Source: Eledone cirrhosa (lineage: Eukaryota). Taken from it: a stretch of 64,000 bases of DNA. A program made the position numbers and the translations under genes. Positions within the stretch are counted from its first letter, which is position 1. The number at the start of each line of letters is the position of its first letter. Location: contig OZ024748.1 of assembly GCA_964016885.1 (NCBI GenBank), positions 37,262,001 to 37,326,000 of the forward strand, in the 5' to 3' direction. Of this stretch, positions 1 through 14,300 are shown piece by piece. Under the pieces are notes generated by a model that had not been told where the DNA came from, made no database searches, and saw only the letters and a list, made by a program, of their open reading frames with translations.

Positions 1-3000
1 TCAGTGTTAACTACCTCTAGATCTAGTATGACAATGTTAGTGTCAGTGTTAACTATCTCTAGATCTAGTGTGACAATGTTAGTGTCAGTGTTAACTACCT
101 CTAGATATAGTATGACAATGTCAGTGTCAGTGTTAACTACCTCTAGATCTAGTATGACAATGTCAGTGTCAGTGTTAACTACCACAAGATCTAGTGTGAC
201 AATGTTAGTGTCAGTGTTAACTACCTCTAGATATAGTATGACAATGTCAGTGTCAGTGTTTACTACCTCTAGATCTAGTATGACAATGTTAGTGTCAGTG
301 TTAACTACCTCTAGATCTAGTGTGACAATGTTAGTGTCAGTGTTAACTACCTCTAGATATAGTATGACAATGTCAGTGTCAGTGTTAACTACCTCTAGAT
401 CTAGTATGACAATGTCAGTGTCAGTGTTAACTACCTCTAGATCTAGTATGACAATGTCAGTGTCAGTGTTAACTACCACTAGATCTAGTATGACAATGTC
501 AGTGTCAGTGTTAACTACCACTAGATCTAGTATGACAATGTCAGAGTTAACTACCTCAAGATCTAGTATGACAATGTCAGTGTCAGTGTTAACTACCTCT
601 ATATCTAGTATGACAATGTCAGTGTCAGTGTTAACTACCACTAGATCTAGTATGACAATGTCAGAGTTAACTACCTCTAGATCTAATATGACAATGTCAG
701 TGTCAGTGTTAACTACCTCTAGATCTAGTGTGACAATGTTAGTGTCAGTGTTAACTACCTCTAGATCTAGTATGACAATGTTAGTGTCAGTGTTAACTAC
801 CACTAGGTCTAGTATGACAATGTCAGTGTCAGTGTTAACTACCTCTAGATCTAGTATGACAATGTCAGTGTCAGTGTTAACTACCTCTAGATCTAGTATG
901 ACAATGTTAGTGTCAGTGTTAACTACCACTAGATCTAGTATGACAATGTCAGTGTCAGTGTTAACTACCTCTAGATCTAGTATGACAATGTTAGTGTCAG
1001 TGTTAACTACCTCTAGATCTAGTATGACAATGTTAGTGTCAGTGTTAACTACCTCTAGATCTAGTGTGACAATGTTAGTGTCAGTGTTAACTACCTCTAG
1101 ATCTAGTATGACAATGTCAGTGTCAGTGTTAACTACCTCTAGATCTAGTATGACAATGTCAGTGTCAATGTTAACTACCTCTAGATCTAGTAAGACAATG
1201 TCAGTGTCAGTGTTAACTACCTCTAGATCTAGTATGACAATGTCAGTGTCAGTGTTAACTACCTCTAGATCTAGTAAGACAATGTCAGTGTCAGTGTTAA
1301 CTACCTCTAGATCTAGTGTGACAATGTTAGTGTCAGTGTTAACTACCTCTAGATCTAGTGTGACAATGTTAGTGTCAGTGTTAACTACCTCTAGATCTAG
1401 TATGACAATGTCAGTGTCAGTGTTAACTACCTCTAGATCTAGTATGACAATGTTAGTGTCAGTGTTAACAACCTCTAGATCTAGTGTGACAATGTCAGTG
1501 TCAGTGTTAACTACCTCTAGATCTAGTATGACAATGTTAGTGTCAGTGTTAACTATCTCTAGATCTAGTGTGACAATGTTAGTGTCAGTGTTAACTACCT
1601 CTAGATATAGTATGACAATGTCAGTGTCAGTGTTAACTACCTCTAGATCTAGTATGACAATGTCAGTGTCAGTGTTAACTACCACATGATCTAGTGTGAC
1701 AATGTTAGTGTCAGTGTTAACTACCTCTAGATATAGTATGACAATGTCAGTGTCAGTGTTTACTACCTCTAGATCTAGTATGACAATGTTAGTGTCAGTG
1801 TTAACTACCTCTAGATCTAGTGTGACAATGTTAGTGTCAGTGTTAACTACCTCTAGATATAGTATGACAATGTCAGTGTCAGTGTTAACTACCTCTAGAT
1901 CTAGTATGACAATGTCAGTGTCAGTGTTAACTACCTCTAGATCTAGTATGACAATGTCAGTGTCAGTGTTAACTACCACTAGATCTAGTATGACAATGTC
2001 AGTGTCAGTGTTAACTACCACTAGATCTAGTATGACAATGTCAGAGTTAACTACCTCTAGATCTAGTATGACAATGTCAGTGTCAGTGTTAACTACCTCT
2101 ATATCTAGTATGACAATGTCAGTGTCAGTGTTAACTACCACTAGATCTAGTATGACAATGTCAGAGTTAACTACCTCTAGATCTAATATGACAATGTCAG
2201 TGTCAGTGTTAACTACCTCTAGATCTAGTGTGACAATGTTAGTGTCAGTGTTAACTACCTCTAGATCTAGTATGACAATGTTAGTGTCAGTGTTAACTAC
2301 CACTAGGTCTAGTATGACAATGTCAGTGTCAGTGTTAACTACCTCTAGATCTAGTATGACAATGTCAGTGTCAGTGTTAACTACCTCTAGATCTAGTATG
2401 ACAATGTTAGTGTCAGTGTTAACTACCACTAGATCTAGTATGACAATGTCAGTGTCAGTGTTAACTACCTCTAGATCTAGTATGACAATGTTAGTGTCAG
2501 TGTTAACTACCTCTAGATCTAGTATGACAATGTTAGTGTCAGTGTTAACTACCTCTAGATCTAGTGTGACAATGTTAGTGTCAGTGTTAACTACCTCTAG
2601 ATCTAGTATGACAATGTCAGTGTCAGTGTTAACTACCTCTAGATCTAGTATGACAATGTCAGTGTCAGTGTTAACTACCTCTAGATCTAGTAAGACAATG
2701 TCAGTGTCAGTGTTAACTACCTCTAGATCTAGTATGACAATGTCAGTGTCAGTGTTAACTACCTCTAGATCTAGTAAGACAATGTCAGTGTCAGTGTTAA
2801 CTACCTCTAGATCTAGTGTGACAATGTTAGTGTCAGTGTTAACTACCTCTAGATCTAGTGTGACAATGTTAGTGTCAGTGTTAACTACCTCTAGATCTAG
2901 TATGACAATGTCAGTGTCAGTGTTAACTACCTCTAGATCTAGTATGACAATGTTAGTGTCAGTGTTAACAACCTCTAGATCTAGTGTGACAATGTCAGTG

Positions 3001-3390
3001 TCAGTGTTAACTACCTCTAGATCTAGTATGACAATGTTAGTGTCAGTGTTAACTATCTCTAGATCTAGTGTGACAATGTTAGTGTCAGTGTTAACTACCT
3101 CTAGATATAGTATGACAATGTCAGTGTCAGTGTTAACTACCTCTAGATCTAGTATGACAATGTCAGTGTCAGTGTTAACTACCACAAGATCTAGTGTGAC
3201 AATGTTAGTGTCAGTGTTAACTACCTCTAGATATTGTATGACAATGTCAGTGTCAGTGTTTACTACCTCTAGATCTAGTATGACAATGTTAGTGTCAGTG
3301 TTAACTACCTCTAGATCTAGTGTGACAATGTTAGTGTCAGTGTTAACTACCTCTAGATATAGTATGACAATGTCAGTGTCAGTGTTAACT
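1..3390. repeat. 1500-bp higher-order repeat (36 monomers: 34x42 + 2x36), a little over two tandem copies
   Basis: Lines starting at 1, 1501 and 3001 are identical. Diagnostic variants recur at +1500: short monomers 541/661 vs 2041/2161, 'agtaag' pairs near 1190/1273 vs 2690/2773, 'aggtct' near 805 vs 2305. Confidence 0.93.
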
Positions 3391-4139
3391 ACCACAAGAT
3401 CTAGTGTGACAATGTTAGTGTCAGTGTTAACTACCTCTAGATCTAGTATGACAATATCAGTGTCAGTGTTTACTACCTCTAGATCTAGTATGACAATGTT
3501 AGTGTCAGTGTTAACTACCTCTAGATCTAGTGTGACAATGTTAGTGTCAGTGTTAACTACCTCTAGATCTAGTATGACAATGTCAGTGTCAGTGTTAACT
3601 ACCTCTAGATCTAGTATGACAATGTTAGTGTCAGTGTTAACTAACACTAGATCTAGTATGACAATGTCAGTGTCAGTGTTAACTACCTCTAGATCTAGTA
3701 TGACAATGTTATTGTCAGTGTTAACTACCTCTAGATCTAGTATGACAATGTTAGTGTCAGTGTTAACTACCTCTAGATCTAGTATGACAATGTTAGTGTC
3801 AGTGTTAACTACCTCTAGATCTAGTATGACAATGTCAGTGTCAGTGTTAACTACCTCTAGATCTAGTATGACAATGTCAGTGTCAGGGTTAACTACCTCT
3901 AGATCTAGTATGACAATGTTAGTGTCAGTGTTAACTACCACTAGATCTAGTGTGACAATGTTAGTGTCAGTGTTAACTACCACTAGATCTAGTATGACAA
4001 TGTCAGTGTCACTGTTAACTACCACTAGATCTAGTGTGACAATGTTAGTGTCAGTGTTAACTACCATTAGATCTAGTGTGACAATGTTAGTGTCAGTGTT
4101 AACTACCACTAGATCTAGTATGACAATGTCAGTTTCAGT

Positions 4140-7100
4140 GTTAACTACCTCTAGATCTAGTATGACAATGTTAGTGTCAGTGTTAACTACCTCTAGATCT
4201 AGTGTGACAATGTCAGTGTCAGTGTTAACTACCTCTAGATCTAGTATGACAATGTTAGTGTCAGTGTTAACTATCTCTAGATCTAGTGTGACAATGTTAG
4301 TGTCAGTGTTAACTACCTCTAGATATAGTATGACAATGTCAGTGTCAGTGTTAACTACCTCTCGATCTAGTATGACAATGTCAGTGTCAGTGTTAACTAC
4401 CACAAGATCTAGTGTGACAATGTTAGTGTCAGTGTTAACTACCTCTAGATATAGTATGACAATATCAGTGTCAGTGTTAACTACCTCTAGATCTAGTATG
4501 ACAATGTTAGTGTTAGTGTTAACTACCTCTAGATCTAGTGTGACAATGTTAGTGTCAGTGTTAACTACCTCTAGATATAGTATGACAATGTCAGTGTCAG
4601 TGTTAACTACCTCTAGATCTAGTATGACAATGTCAGTGTCAGTGTTAACTACCTCTAGATCTAGTATGACAATGTCAGTGTCAGTGTTAACTACCACTAG
4701 ATCTAGTATGACAATGTCAGTGTCAGTGTTAACTACCACAAGATCTAGTGTGACAATGTCAGTGTCAGTGTTAACTACCTCTAGATCTAGTATGACAATG
4801 TTAGTGTCAGTGTTAACTACCTCTAGATCTAGTATGACAATGTTAGTGTCAGTGTTACCTAACACTAGATCTAGTATGACAATGTCAGTGTCAGTGTTAA
4901 CTACCTCTAGATCTAGTATGACAATGTTATTGTCAGTGTTAACTACCTCTAGATCTAGTATGACAATGTTAGTGTCAGTGTTAACTACCTCTAGATCTAG
5001 TGTGACAATGTTAGTGTCAGTGTTAACTACCTCTAGATCTAGTATGACAATGTCAGTGTCAGTGTTAACTACCTCTAGATCTAGTATGACAATGTCAGTG
5101 TCAGGGTTAACTACCACTAGATCTAGTATGACAATGTTAGTGTCAGTGTTAACTACCACTAGATCTAGTGTGACAATGTTAGTGTCAGTGTTAACTACCA
5201 CTAGATCTAGTATGACAATATCAGTGTCACTGTTAACTACCACTAGATCTAGTGTGACAATGTTAGTGTCAGTGTTAACTACCACTAGATCTAGTGTGAC
5301 AATGTTAGTGTCAGTGTTAACTACCACTAGCTCTAGTATGACAATGTCAGTGTCAGTGTTAACTACCTCTAGATCTAGTATGACAATGTTAGTGTCAGTG
5401 TTAACTACCTCTAGATCTAGTGTGACAATGTCAGTGTCAGTGTTAACTACCTCTAGATCTAGTATGACAATGTTAGTGTCAGTGTTAACTATCTCTAGAT
5501 CTAGTGTGACAATGTTAGTGTCAGTGTTAACTACCTCTAGATATAGTATGACAATGTCAGTGTCAGTGTTAACTACCTCTCGATCTAGTATGACAATGTC
5601 AGTGTCAGTGTTAACTACCACAAGATCTAGTGTGACAATGTTAGTGTCAGTGTTAACTACCTCTAGATATAGTATGACAATGTCAGTGTCAGTGTTTACT
5701 ACCTCTAGATCTAGTATGACAATGTTAGTGTCAGTGTTAACTACCTCTAGATCTAGTGTGACAATGTTAGTGTCAGTGTTAACTACCTCTAGATATAGTA
5801 TGACAATGTCAGTGTCAGTGTTAACTACCTCTAGATCTAGTATGACAATGTCAGTGTCAGTGTTAACTACCTCTAGATCTAGTATGACAATGTCAGTGTC
5901 AGTGTTAACTACCACTAGATCTAGTATGACAATGTCAGTGTCAGTGTTAACTACCACAAGATCTAGTGTGACAATGTTAGTGTCAGTGTTAACTACCTCT
6001 AGATCTAGTATGACAATGTCAGAGTTAACTACCTCTAGATCTAGTATGACAATGTCAGTGTCAGTGTTAACTACCTCTAGATCTAGTATGACAATGTCAG
6101 TGTCAGTGTTAACAACCTCTAGATCTAGTATGACAATGTTAGTGTCAGTGTTAACTACCACTATGTCTAGTATGACAATGTCAGTGTCAGTGTTAACTAC
6201 CTCTAGATATAGTATGACAATGTCAGTGTCAGTGTTAACTACCTCTAGATCTAGTATGACAATGTTAGTGTCAGTGTTAACTACCTCTAGATCTAGTGTG
6301 ACAATGTCAGTGTCAGTGTTAACTACCTCTAGATCTAGTATGACAATGTTAGTGTCAGTGTTAACTATCTCTAGATCTAGTGTGACAATGTTAGTGTCAG
6401 TGTTAACTACCTCTAGATATAGTATGACAATGTCAGTGTCAGTGTTAACTACCTCTCGATCTAGTATGACAATGTCAGTGTCAGTGTTAACTACCACAAG
6501 ATCTAGTGTGACAATGTTAGTGTCAGTGTTAACTACCTCTAGATATAGTATGACAATATCAGTGTCAGTGTTAACTACCTCTAGATCTAGTATGACAATG
6601 TTAGTGTTAGTGTTAACTACCTCTAGATCTAGTGTGACAATGTTAGTGTCAGTGTTAACTACCTCTAGATATAGTATGACAATGTCAGTGTCAGTGTTAA
6701 CTACCTCTAGATCTAGTATGACAATGTCAGTGTCAGTGTTAACTACCTCTAGATCTAGTATGACAATGTCAGTGTCAGTGTTAACTACCACTAGATCTAG
6801 TATGACAATGTCAGTGTCAGTGTTAACTACCACAAGATCTAGTGTGACAATGTCAGTGTCAGTGTTAACTACCTCTAGATCTAGTATGACAATGTTAGTG
6901 TCAGTGTTAACTACCTCTAGATCTAGTATGACAATGTTAGTGTCAGTGTTACCTAACACTAGATCTAGTATGACAATGTCAGTGTCAGTGTTAACTACCT
7001 CTAGATCTAGTATGACAATGTTATTGTCAGTGTTAACTACCTCTAGATCTAGTATGACAATGTTAGTGTCAGTGTTAACTACCTCTAGATCTAGTGTGAC

Positions 7101-8350
7101 AATGTTAGTGTCAGTGTTAACTACCTCTAGATCTAGTATGACAATGTCAGTGTCAGTGTTAACTACCTCTAGATCTAGTATGACAATGTCAGTGTCAGGG
7201 TTAACTACCACTAGATCTAGTATGACAATGTTAGTGTCAGTGTTAACTACCACTAGATCTAGTGTGACAATGTTAGTGTCAGTGTTAACTACCACTAGAT
7301 CTAGTATGACAATATCAGTGTCACTGTTAACTACCACTAGATCTAGTGTGACAATGTTAGTGTCAGTGTTAACTACCACTAGATCTAGTGTGACAATGTT
7401 AGTGTCAGTGTTAACTACCACTAGCTCTAGTATGACAATGTCAGTGTCAGTGTTAACTACCTCTAGATCTAGTATGACAATGTTAGTGTCAGTGTTAACT
7501 ACCTCTAGATCTAGTGTGACAATGTCAGTGTCAGTGTTAACTACCTCTAGATCTAGTATGACAATGTTAGTGTCAGTGTTAACTATCTCTAGATCTAGTG
7601 TGACAATGTTAGTGTCAGTGTTAACTACCTCTAGATATAGTATGACAATGTCAGTGTCAGTGTTAACTACCTCTCGATCTAGTATGACAATGTCAGTGTC
7701 AGTGTTAACTACCACAAGATCTAGTGTGACAATGTTAGTGTCAGTGTTAACTACCTCTAGATATAGTATGACAATGTCAGTGTCAGTGTTTACTACCTCT
7801 AGATCTAGTATGACAATGTTAGTGTCAGTGTTAACTACCTCTAGATCTAGTGTGACAATGTTAGTGTCAGTGTTAACTACCTCTAGATATAGTATGACAA
7901 TGTCAGTGTCAGTGTTAACTACCTCTAGATCTAGTATGACAATGTCAGTGTCAGTGTTAACTACCTCTAGATCTAGTATGACAATGTCAGTGTCAGTGTT
8001 AACTACCACTAGATCTAGTATGACAATGTCAGTGTCAGTGTTAACTACCACAAGATCTAGTGTGACAATGTTAGTGTCAGTGTTAACTACCTCTAGATCT
8101 AGTATGACAATGTCAGAGTTAACTACCTCTAGATCTAGTATGACAATGTCAGTGTCAGTGTTAACTACCTCTAGATCTAGTATGACAATGTCAGTGTCAG
8201 TGTTAACAACCTCTAGATCTAGTATGACAATGTTAGTGTCAGTGTTAACTACCACTATGTCTAGTATGACAATGTCAGTGTCAGTGTTAACTACCTCTAG
8301 ATATAGTATGACAATGTCAGTGTCAGTGTTAACTACCTCTAGATCTAGTA
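4140..8350. repeat. 2094-bp tandem duplication (50 monomers: 49x42 + 36), two copies
   Basis: Variants recur at +2094: 'ctcga' 4361/6455, private 'ttacctaacact' 4855/6949, short monomer 6019/8113. Boundaries are approximate. Confidence 0.9.
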
Positions 8351-11300
8351 TGACAATGTCAGTGTCAGTGTTAACTACCACAAGATCTAGTGTGACAATG
8401 TTAGTGTCAGTGTTAACTACCTCTAGATATAGTATGACAATGTCAGTGTCAGTGTTTACTACCTCTAGATCTAGTATGACAATGTTAGTGTCAGTGTTAA
8501 CTACCTCTAGATCTAGTGTGACAATGTTAGTGTCAGTGTTAACTACCTCTAGATATAGTATGACAATGTCAGTGTCAGTGTTAACTACCACAAGATCTAG
8601 TGTGACAATGTTAGTGTCAGTGTTAACTACCTGAAGATATAGTATGACAATGTCAGTGTCAGTGTTTACTACCTCTAGATCTAGTATGACAATGTCAGTG
8701 TCAGTGTTAACTACCTCTAGATCTAGTGTGACAATGTTAGTGTCAGTGTTAACTACCACTAGATCTAGTATGACAATGTCAGTGTCACTGTTAACTACCA
8801 CTAGATCTAGTGTGACAATGTTAGTGTCAGTGTTAACTACCACTATGTCTAGTATGACAATGTCAGTGTCAGTGTTAACTACCTCTAGATATAGTATGAC
8901 AATGTCAGTGTCAGTGTTAACTACCTCTAGATCTAGTATGACAATGTCAGTGTCAGTGTTAACTACCACAAGATCTAGTGTGACAATGTTAGTGTCAGTG
9001 TTAACTACCTCTAGATATAGTATGACAATGTCAGTGTCAGTGTTTACTACCTCTAGATCTAGTATGACAATGTTAGTGTCAGTGTTAACTACCTCTAGAT
9101 CTAGTGTGACAATGCTAGTGTCAGTGTTAACTACCTCTAGATATAGTATGACAATGTCAGTGTCAGTGTTAACTACCACAAGATCTAGTGTGACAATGTT
9201 AGTGTCAGTGTTAACTACCTGTAGATATAGTATTACAATGTCAGTGTCAGTGTTTACTACCTCTAGATCTAGTATGACAATGTCAGTGTCAGTGTTAACT
9301 ACCTCTAGATCTAGTATGACAATGTTAGTGTCAGTGTTAACTACCTCTAGATCTAGTATGACAATGTTAGTGTCAGTGTTAACTATCTCTAGATCTTGTG
9401 TGACAATGTTAGTGTCAGTGTTAACTACCTCTAGATATAGTATGACAATGTCAGTGTCAGTGTTAACTACCTCTAGATCTAGTATGACAATGTCAGTGTC
9501 AGTGTTAACTACCACAAGATCTAGTGTGACAATGTTAGTGTCAGTGTTAACTACCTCTAGATATAGTATGACAATGTCAGTGTCAGTGTTTACTACCTCT
9601 AGATCTAGTATGACAATGTTAGTGTCAGTGTTAACTACCTCTAGATCTAGTGTGACAATGTTAGTGTCAGTGTTAACTACCTCTAGATATAGTATGACAA
9701 TGTCAGTGTCAGTGTTAACTACCACAAGATCTAGTGTGACAATGTTAGTGTCAGTGTTAACTACCTGTAGATATAGTATGACAATATCAGTGTCAGTGTT
9801 TACTACCTCTAGATCTAGTATGACAATGTTAGTGTCAGTGTTAACTACCTCTAGATCTAGTGTGACAATGTTAGTGTCAGTGTTAACTACCTCTAGATCT
9901 AGTATGACAATGTCAGTGTCAGTGTTAACTACCTCTAGATCTGGTATGACAATGTTAGTGTCAGTGTTAACTAACACTAGATCTAGTATGACAATGTCAG
10001 TGTCAGTGTTAACTACCTCTAGATCTAGTATGACAATGTTATTGTCAGTGTTAACTACCTCTAGATCTAGTATGACAATGTCAGTGTCACTGTTAACTAC
10101 CACTAGATCTAGTGTGACAATGTTAGTGTCAGTGTTAACTACCATTAGATCTAGTGTGACAATGTTAGTGTTAGTGTTAACTACCACTAGATCTAGTATG
10201 ACAATGTCAGTGTCAGTGTTAACTACCTCTAGATCTAGTATGACAATGTTAGTGTCAGTGTTAACTACCTCTAGATCTAGTGTGACAATGTCAGTGTCAG
10301 TGTTAACTACCTCTAGATCTAGTATGACAATGTTAGTGTCAGTGTTAACTATCTCTAGATCTAGTGTGACAATGTTAGTGTCAGTGTTAACTACCTCTAG
10401 ATATAGTATGACAATGTCAGTGTCAGTGTTAACTACCTCTCGATCTAGTATGACAATGTCAGTGTCAGTGTTAACTACCACAAGATCTAGTGTGACAATG
10501 TTAGTGTCAGTGTTAACTACCTCTAGATATAGTATGACAATATCAGTGTCAGTGTTTACTACCTCTAGATCTAGTATGACAATGTTAGTGTTAGTGTTAA
10601 CTACCTCTAGATCTAGTGTGACAATGTTAGTGTCAGTGTTAACTACCTCTAGATATAGTATGACAATGTCAGTGTCAGTGTTAACTACCTCTAGATCTAG
10701 TATGACAATGTCAGTGTCAGTGTTAACTACCACTAGATCTAGTATGACAATGTCAGTGTCAGTGTTAACTACCACTAGATCTAGTATGACAATGCCAGTG
10801 TCAGTGTTAACTACCACAAGATCTAGTGTGACAATGTCAGTGTCAGTGTTAACTACCTCTAGATCTAGTATGACAATGTTAGTGTCAGTGTTAACTACCT
10901 CTAGATCTAGTATGACAATGTTAGTGTCAGTGTTAACTAACACTAGATCTAGTATGACAATGTCAGTGTCAGTGTTAACTACCTCTAGATCTAGTATGAC
11001 AATGTTATTGTCAGTGTTAACTACCTCTAGATCTAGTATGACAATGTTAGTGTCAGTGTTAACTACCTCTAGATCTAGTGTGACAATGTTAGTGTCAGTG
11101 TTAACTACCTCTAGATCTAGTATGACAATGTCAGTGTCAGTGTTAACTACCTCTAGATCTAGTATGACAATGTCAGTGTCAGGGTTAACTACCTCTAGAT
11201 CTAGTATGACAATGTTAGTGTCAGTGTTAACTACCACTAGATCTAGTGTGACAATGTTAGTGTCAGTGTTAACTACCACTAGATCTAGTATGACAATGTC

Positions 11301-14300
11301 AGTGTCACTGTTAACTACCACTATATCTAGTGTGACAATGTTAGTGTCAGTGTTAACTACCACTAGCTCTAGTATGACAATGTCAGTGTCAGTGTTAACT
11401 ACCTCTAGATCTAGTATGACAATGTTAGTGTCAGTGTTAACTACCTCTAGATCTAGTGTGACAATGTTAGTGTCAGTGTTAACTACCTCTAGATCTAGTA
11501 TGACAATGTCAGTGTCAGTGTTAACTACCACAAGATCTAGTGTGACAATGTTAGTGTCAGTGTTAACTACCTCTAGATATAGTATGACAATGTCAGTGTC
11601 AGTGTTAACTAACACTAGATCTAGTATGACAATGTCAGTGTCAGTGTTAACTACCTCTAGATCTAGTGTGACAATGTTAGTGTCAGTGTTAACTACCTCT
11701 AGATATAGTATGACAATGTCAGTGTCAGTGTTAACTACCTCTAGATCTAGTATGACAATGTCAGTGTCAGTGTTAACTACCTCTACATCTAGTATGACAA
11801 TGTCAGTGTCAGTGTTAACTACCACTAGATCTAGTATGACAATGTCAGTGTCAGTGTTAACTACCACAAGATCTAGTGTGACAATGTCAGTGTCAGTGTT
11901 AACTACCTCTAGATCTAGTATGACAATGTTAGTGTCAGTGTTAACTACCTCTAGATCTAGTATGACAATGTTAGTGTCAGTGTTAACTAACACTAGATCT
12001 AGTATGACAATGTCAGTGTCAGTGTTAACTACCTCTAGATCTAGTATGACAATGTTATTGTCAGTGTTAACTACCTCTAGATCTAGTATGACAATGTTAG
12101 TGTCAGTGTTAACTACCTCTAGATCTAGTGTGACAATGTTAGTGTCAGTGTTAACTACCTCTAGATCTAGTATGACAATGTCAGTGTCAGTGTTAACTAC
12201 CTCTAGATCTAGTATGACAATGTCAGTGTCAGGGTTAACTACCTCTAGATCTAGTATGACAATGTTAGTGTCAGTGTTAACTACCACTAGATCTAGTGTG
12301 ACAATGTTAGTGTCAGTGTTAACTACCACTAGATCTAGTATGACAATGTCAGTGTCACTGTTAACTACCACTAGATCTAGTGTGACAATGTTAGTGTCAG
12401 TGTTAACTACCACTAGATCTAGTGTGACAATGTTAGTGTCAGTGTTAACTACCACTAGCTCTAGTATGACAATGTCAGTGTCAGTGTTAACTACCTCTAG
12501 ATCTAGAATGACAATGTTAGTGTCAGTGTTAACTACCTCTAGATCTAGTGTGACAATGTCAGTGTCAGTGTTAACTACCTCTAGATCTAGTATGACAATG
12601 TTAGTGTCAGTGTTAACTATCTCTAGATCTAGTGTGACAATGTTAGTGTCAGTGTTAACTACCTCTAGATATAGTATGACAATGGCAGTGTCAGTGTTAA
12701 CTACCTCTCGATCTAGTATGACAATGTCAGTGTCAGTGTTAACTACCACAAGATCTAGTGTGACAATGTTAGTGTCAGTGTTAACTACCTCTAGATATAG
12801 TATGACAATGTCAGTGTCAGTGTTTACTACCTCTAGATCTAGTATGACAATGTTAGTGTCAGTGTTAACTACCTCTAGATCTAGTGTGACAATGTTAGTG
12901 TCAGTGTTAACTACCTCTAGATATAGTATGACAATGTCAGTGTCAGTGTTAACTACCTCTAGATCTAGTATGACAATGTCAGTGTCAGTGTTAACTACCT
13001 CTAGATCTAGTATGACAATGTCAGTGTCAGTGTTAACTACCACTAGATCTAGTATGACAATGTCAGTGTCAGTGTTAACTACCACAAGATCTAGTGTGAC
13101 AATGTTAGTGTCAGTGTTAACTACCTCTAGATCTAGTATGACAATGCCAGAGTTAACTACCTCTAGATCTAGTATGACAATGTCAGTGTCAGTGTTAACT
13201 ACCTCTAGATCTAGTATGACAATGTCAGTGTCAGTGTTAACAACCTCTAGATCTAGTATGACAATGTTAGTGTCAGTGTTAACTACCACTATGTCTAGTA
13301 TGACAATGTCAGTGTCAGTGTTAACTACCTCTAGATATAGTATGACAATGTCAGTGTCAGTGTTAACTACCTCTAGATCTAGTATGACAATGTCAGTGTC
13401 AGTGTTAACTACCACAAGATCTAGTGTGACAATGTTAGTGTCAGTGTTAACTACCTCTAGGTATAGTATGACAATGTCAGTGTCAGTGTTTACTACCTCT
13501 AGATCTAGTATGACAATGTTAGTGTCAGTGTTAACTACCTCTAGATCTAGTGTGACAATGTTAGTGTCAGTGTTAACTACCTCTAGATATAGTATGACAA
13601 TGTCAGTGTCAGTGTTAACTACCACAAGATCTAGTGTGACAATGTTAGTGTCAGTGTTAACTACCTGTAGATATAGTATGACAATGTCAGTGTCAGTGTT
13701 TACTACCTCTAGATCTAGTATGACAATGTCAGTGTCAGTGTTAACTACCTCTAGATCTAGTATGACAATGTTAGTGTCAGTGTTAACTACCTCTAGATCT
13801 AGTATGACAATGTTAGTGTCAGTGTTAACTATCTCTAGATCTAGTGTGACAATGTTAGTGTCAGTGTTAACTACCTCTAGATCTAGTATGACAATGTCAG
13901 TGTCAGGGTTAACTACCTCTAGATCTAGTATGACAATGTTAGTGTCAGTGTTAACTACCACTAGATCTAGTGTGACAATGTTAGTGTCAGTGTTAACTAC
14001 CACTAGATCTAGTATGACAATGTCAGTGTCAGTGTTAACTACCTCTAGATCTAGTATGACAATGTTAGTGTCAGTGTTAACTACCTCTAGATCTAGTGTG
14101 ACAATGTCAGTGTCAGTGTTAACTACCTCTAGATCTAGTATGACAATGTCAGTGTCAGTGTTAACTACCACAAGATCTAGTGTGACAATGTTAGTGTCAG
14201 TGTTAACTACCTCTAGATATAGTATGACAATGTCAGTGTCAGTGTTTACTACCTCTAGATCTAGTATGACAATGTTAGTGTCAGTGTTAACTACCTCTAG

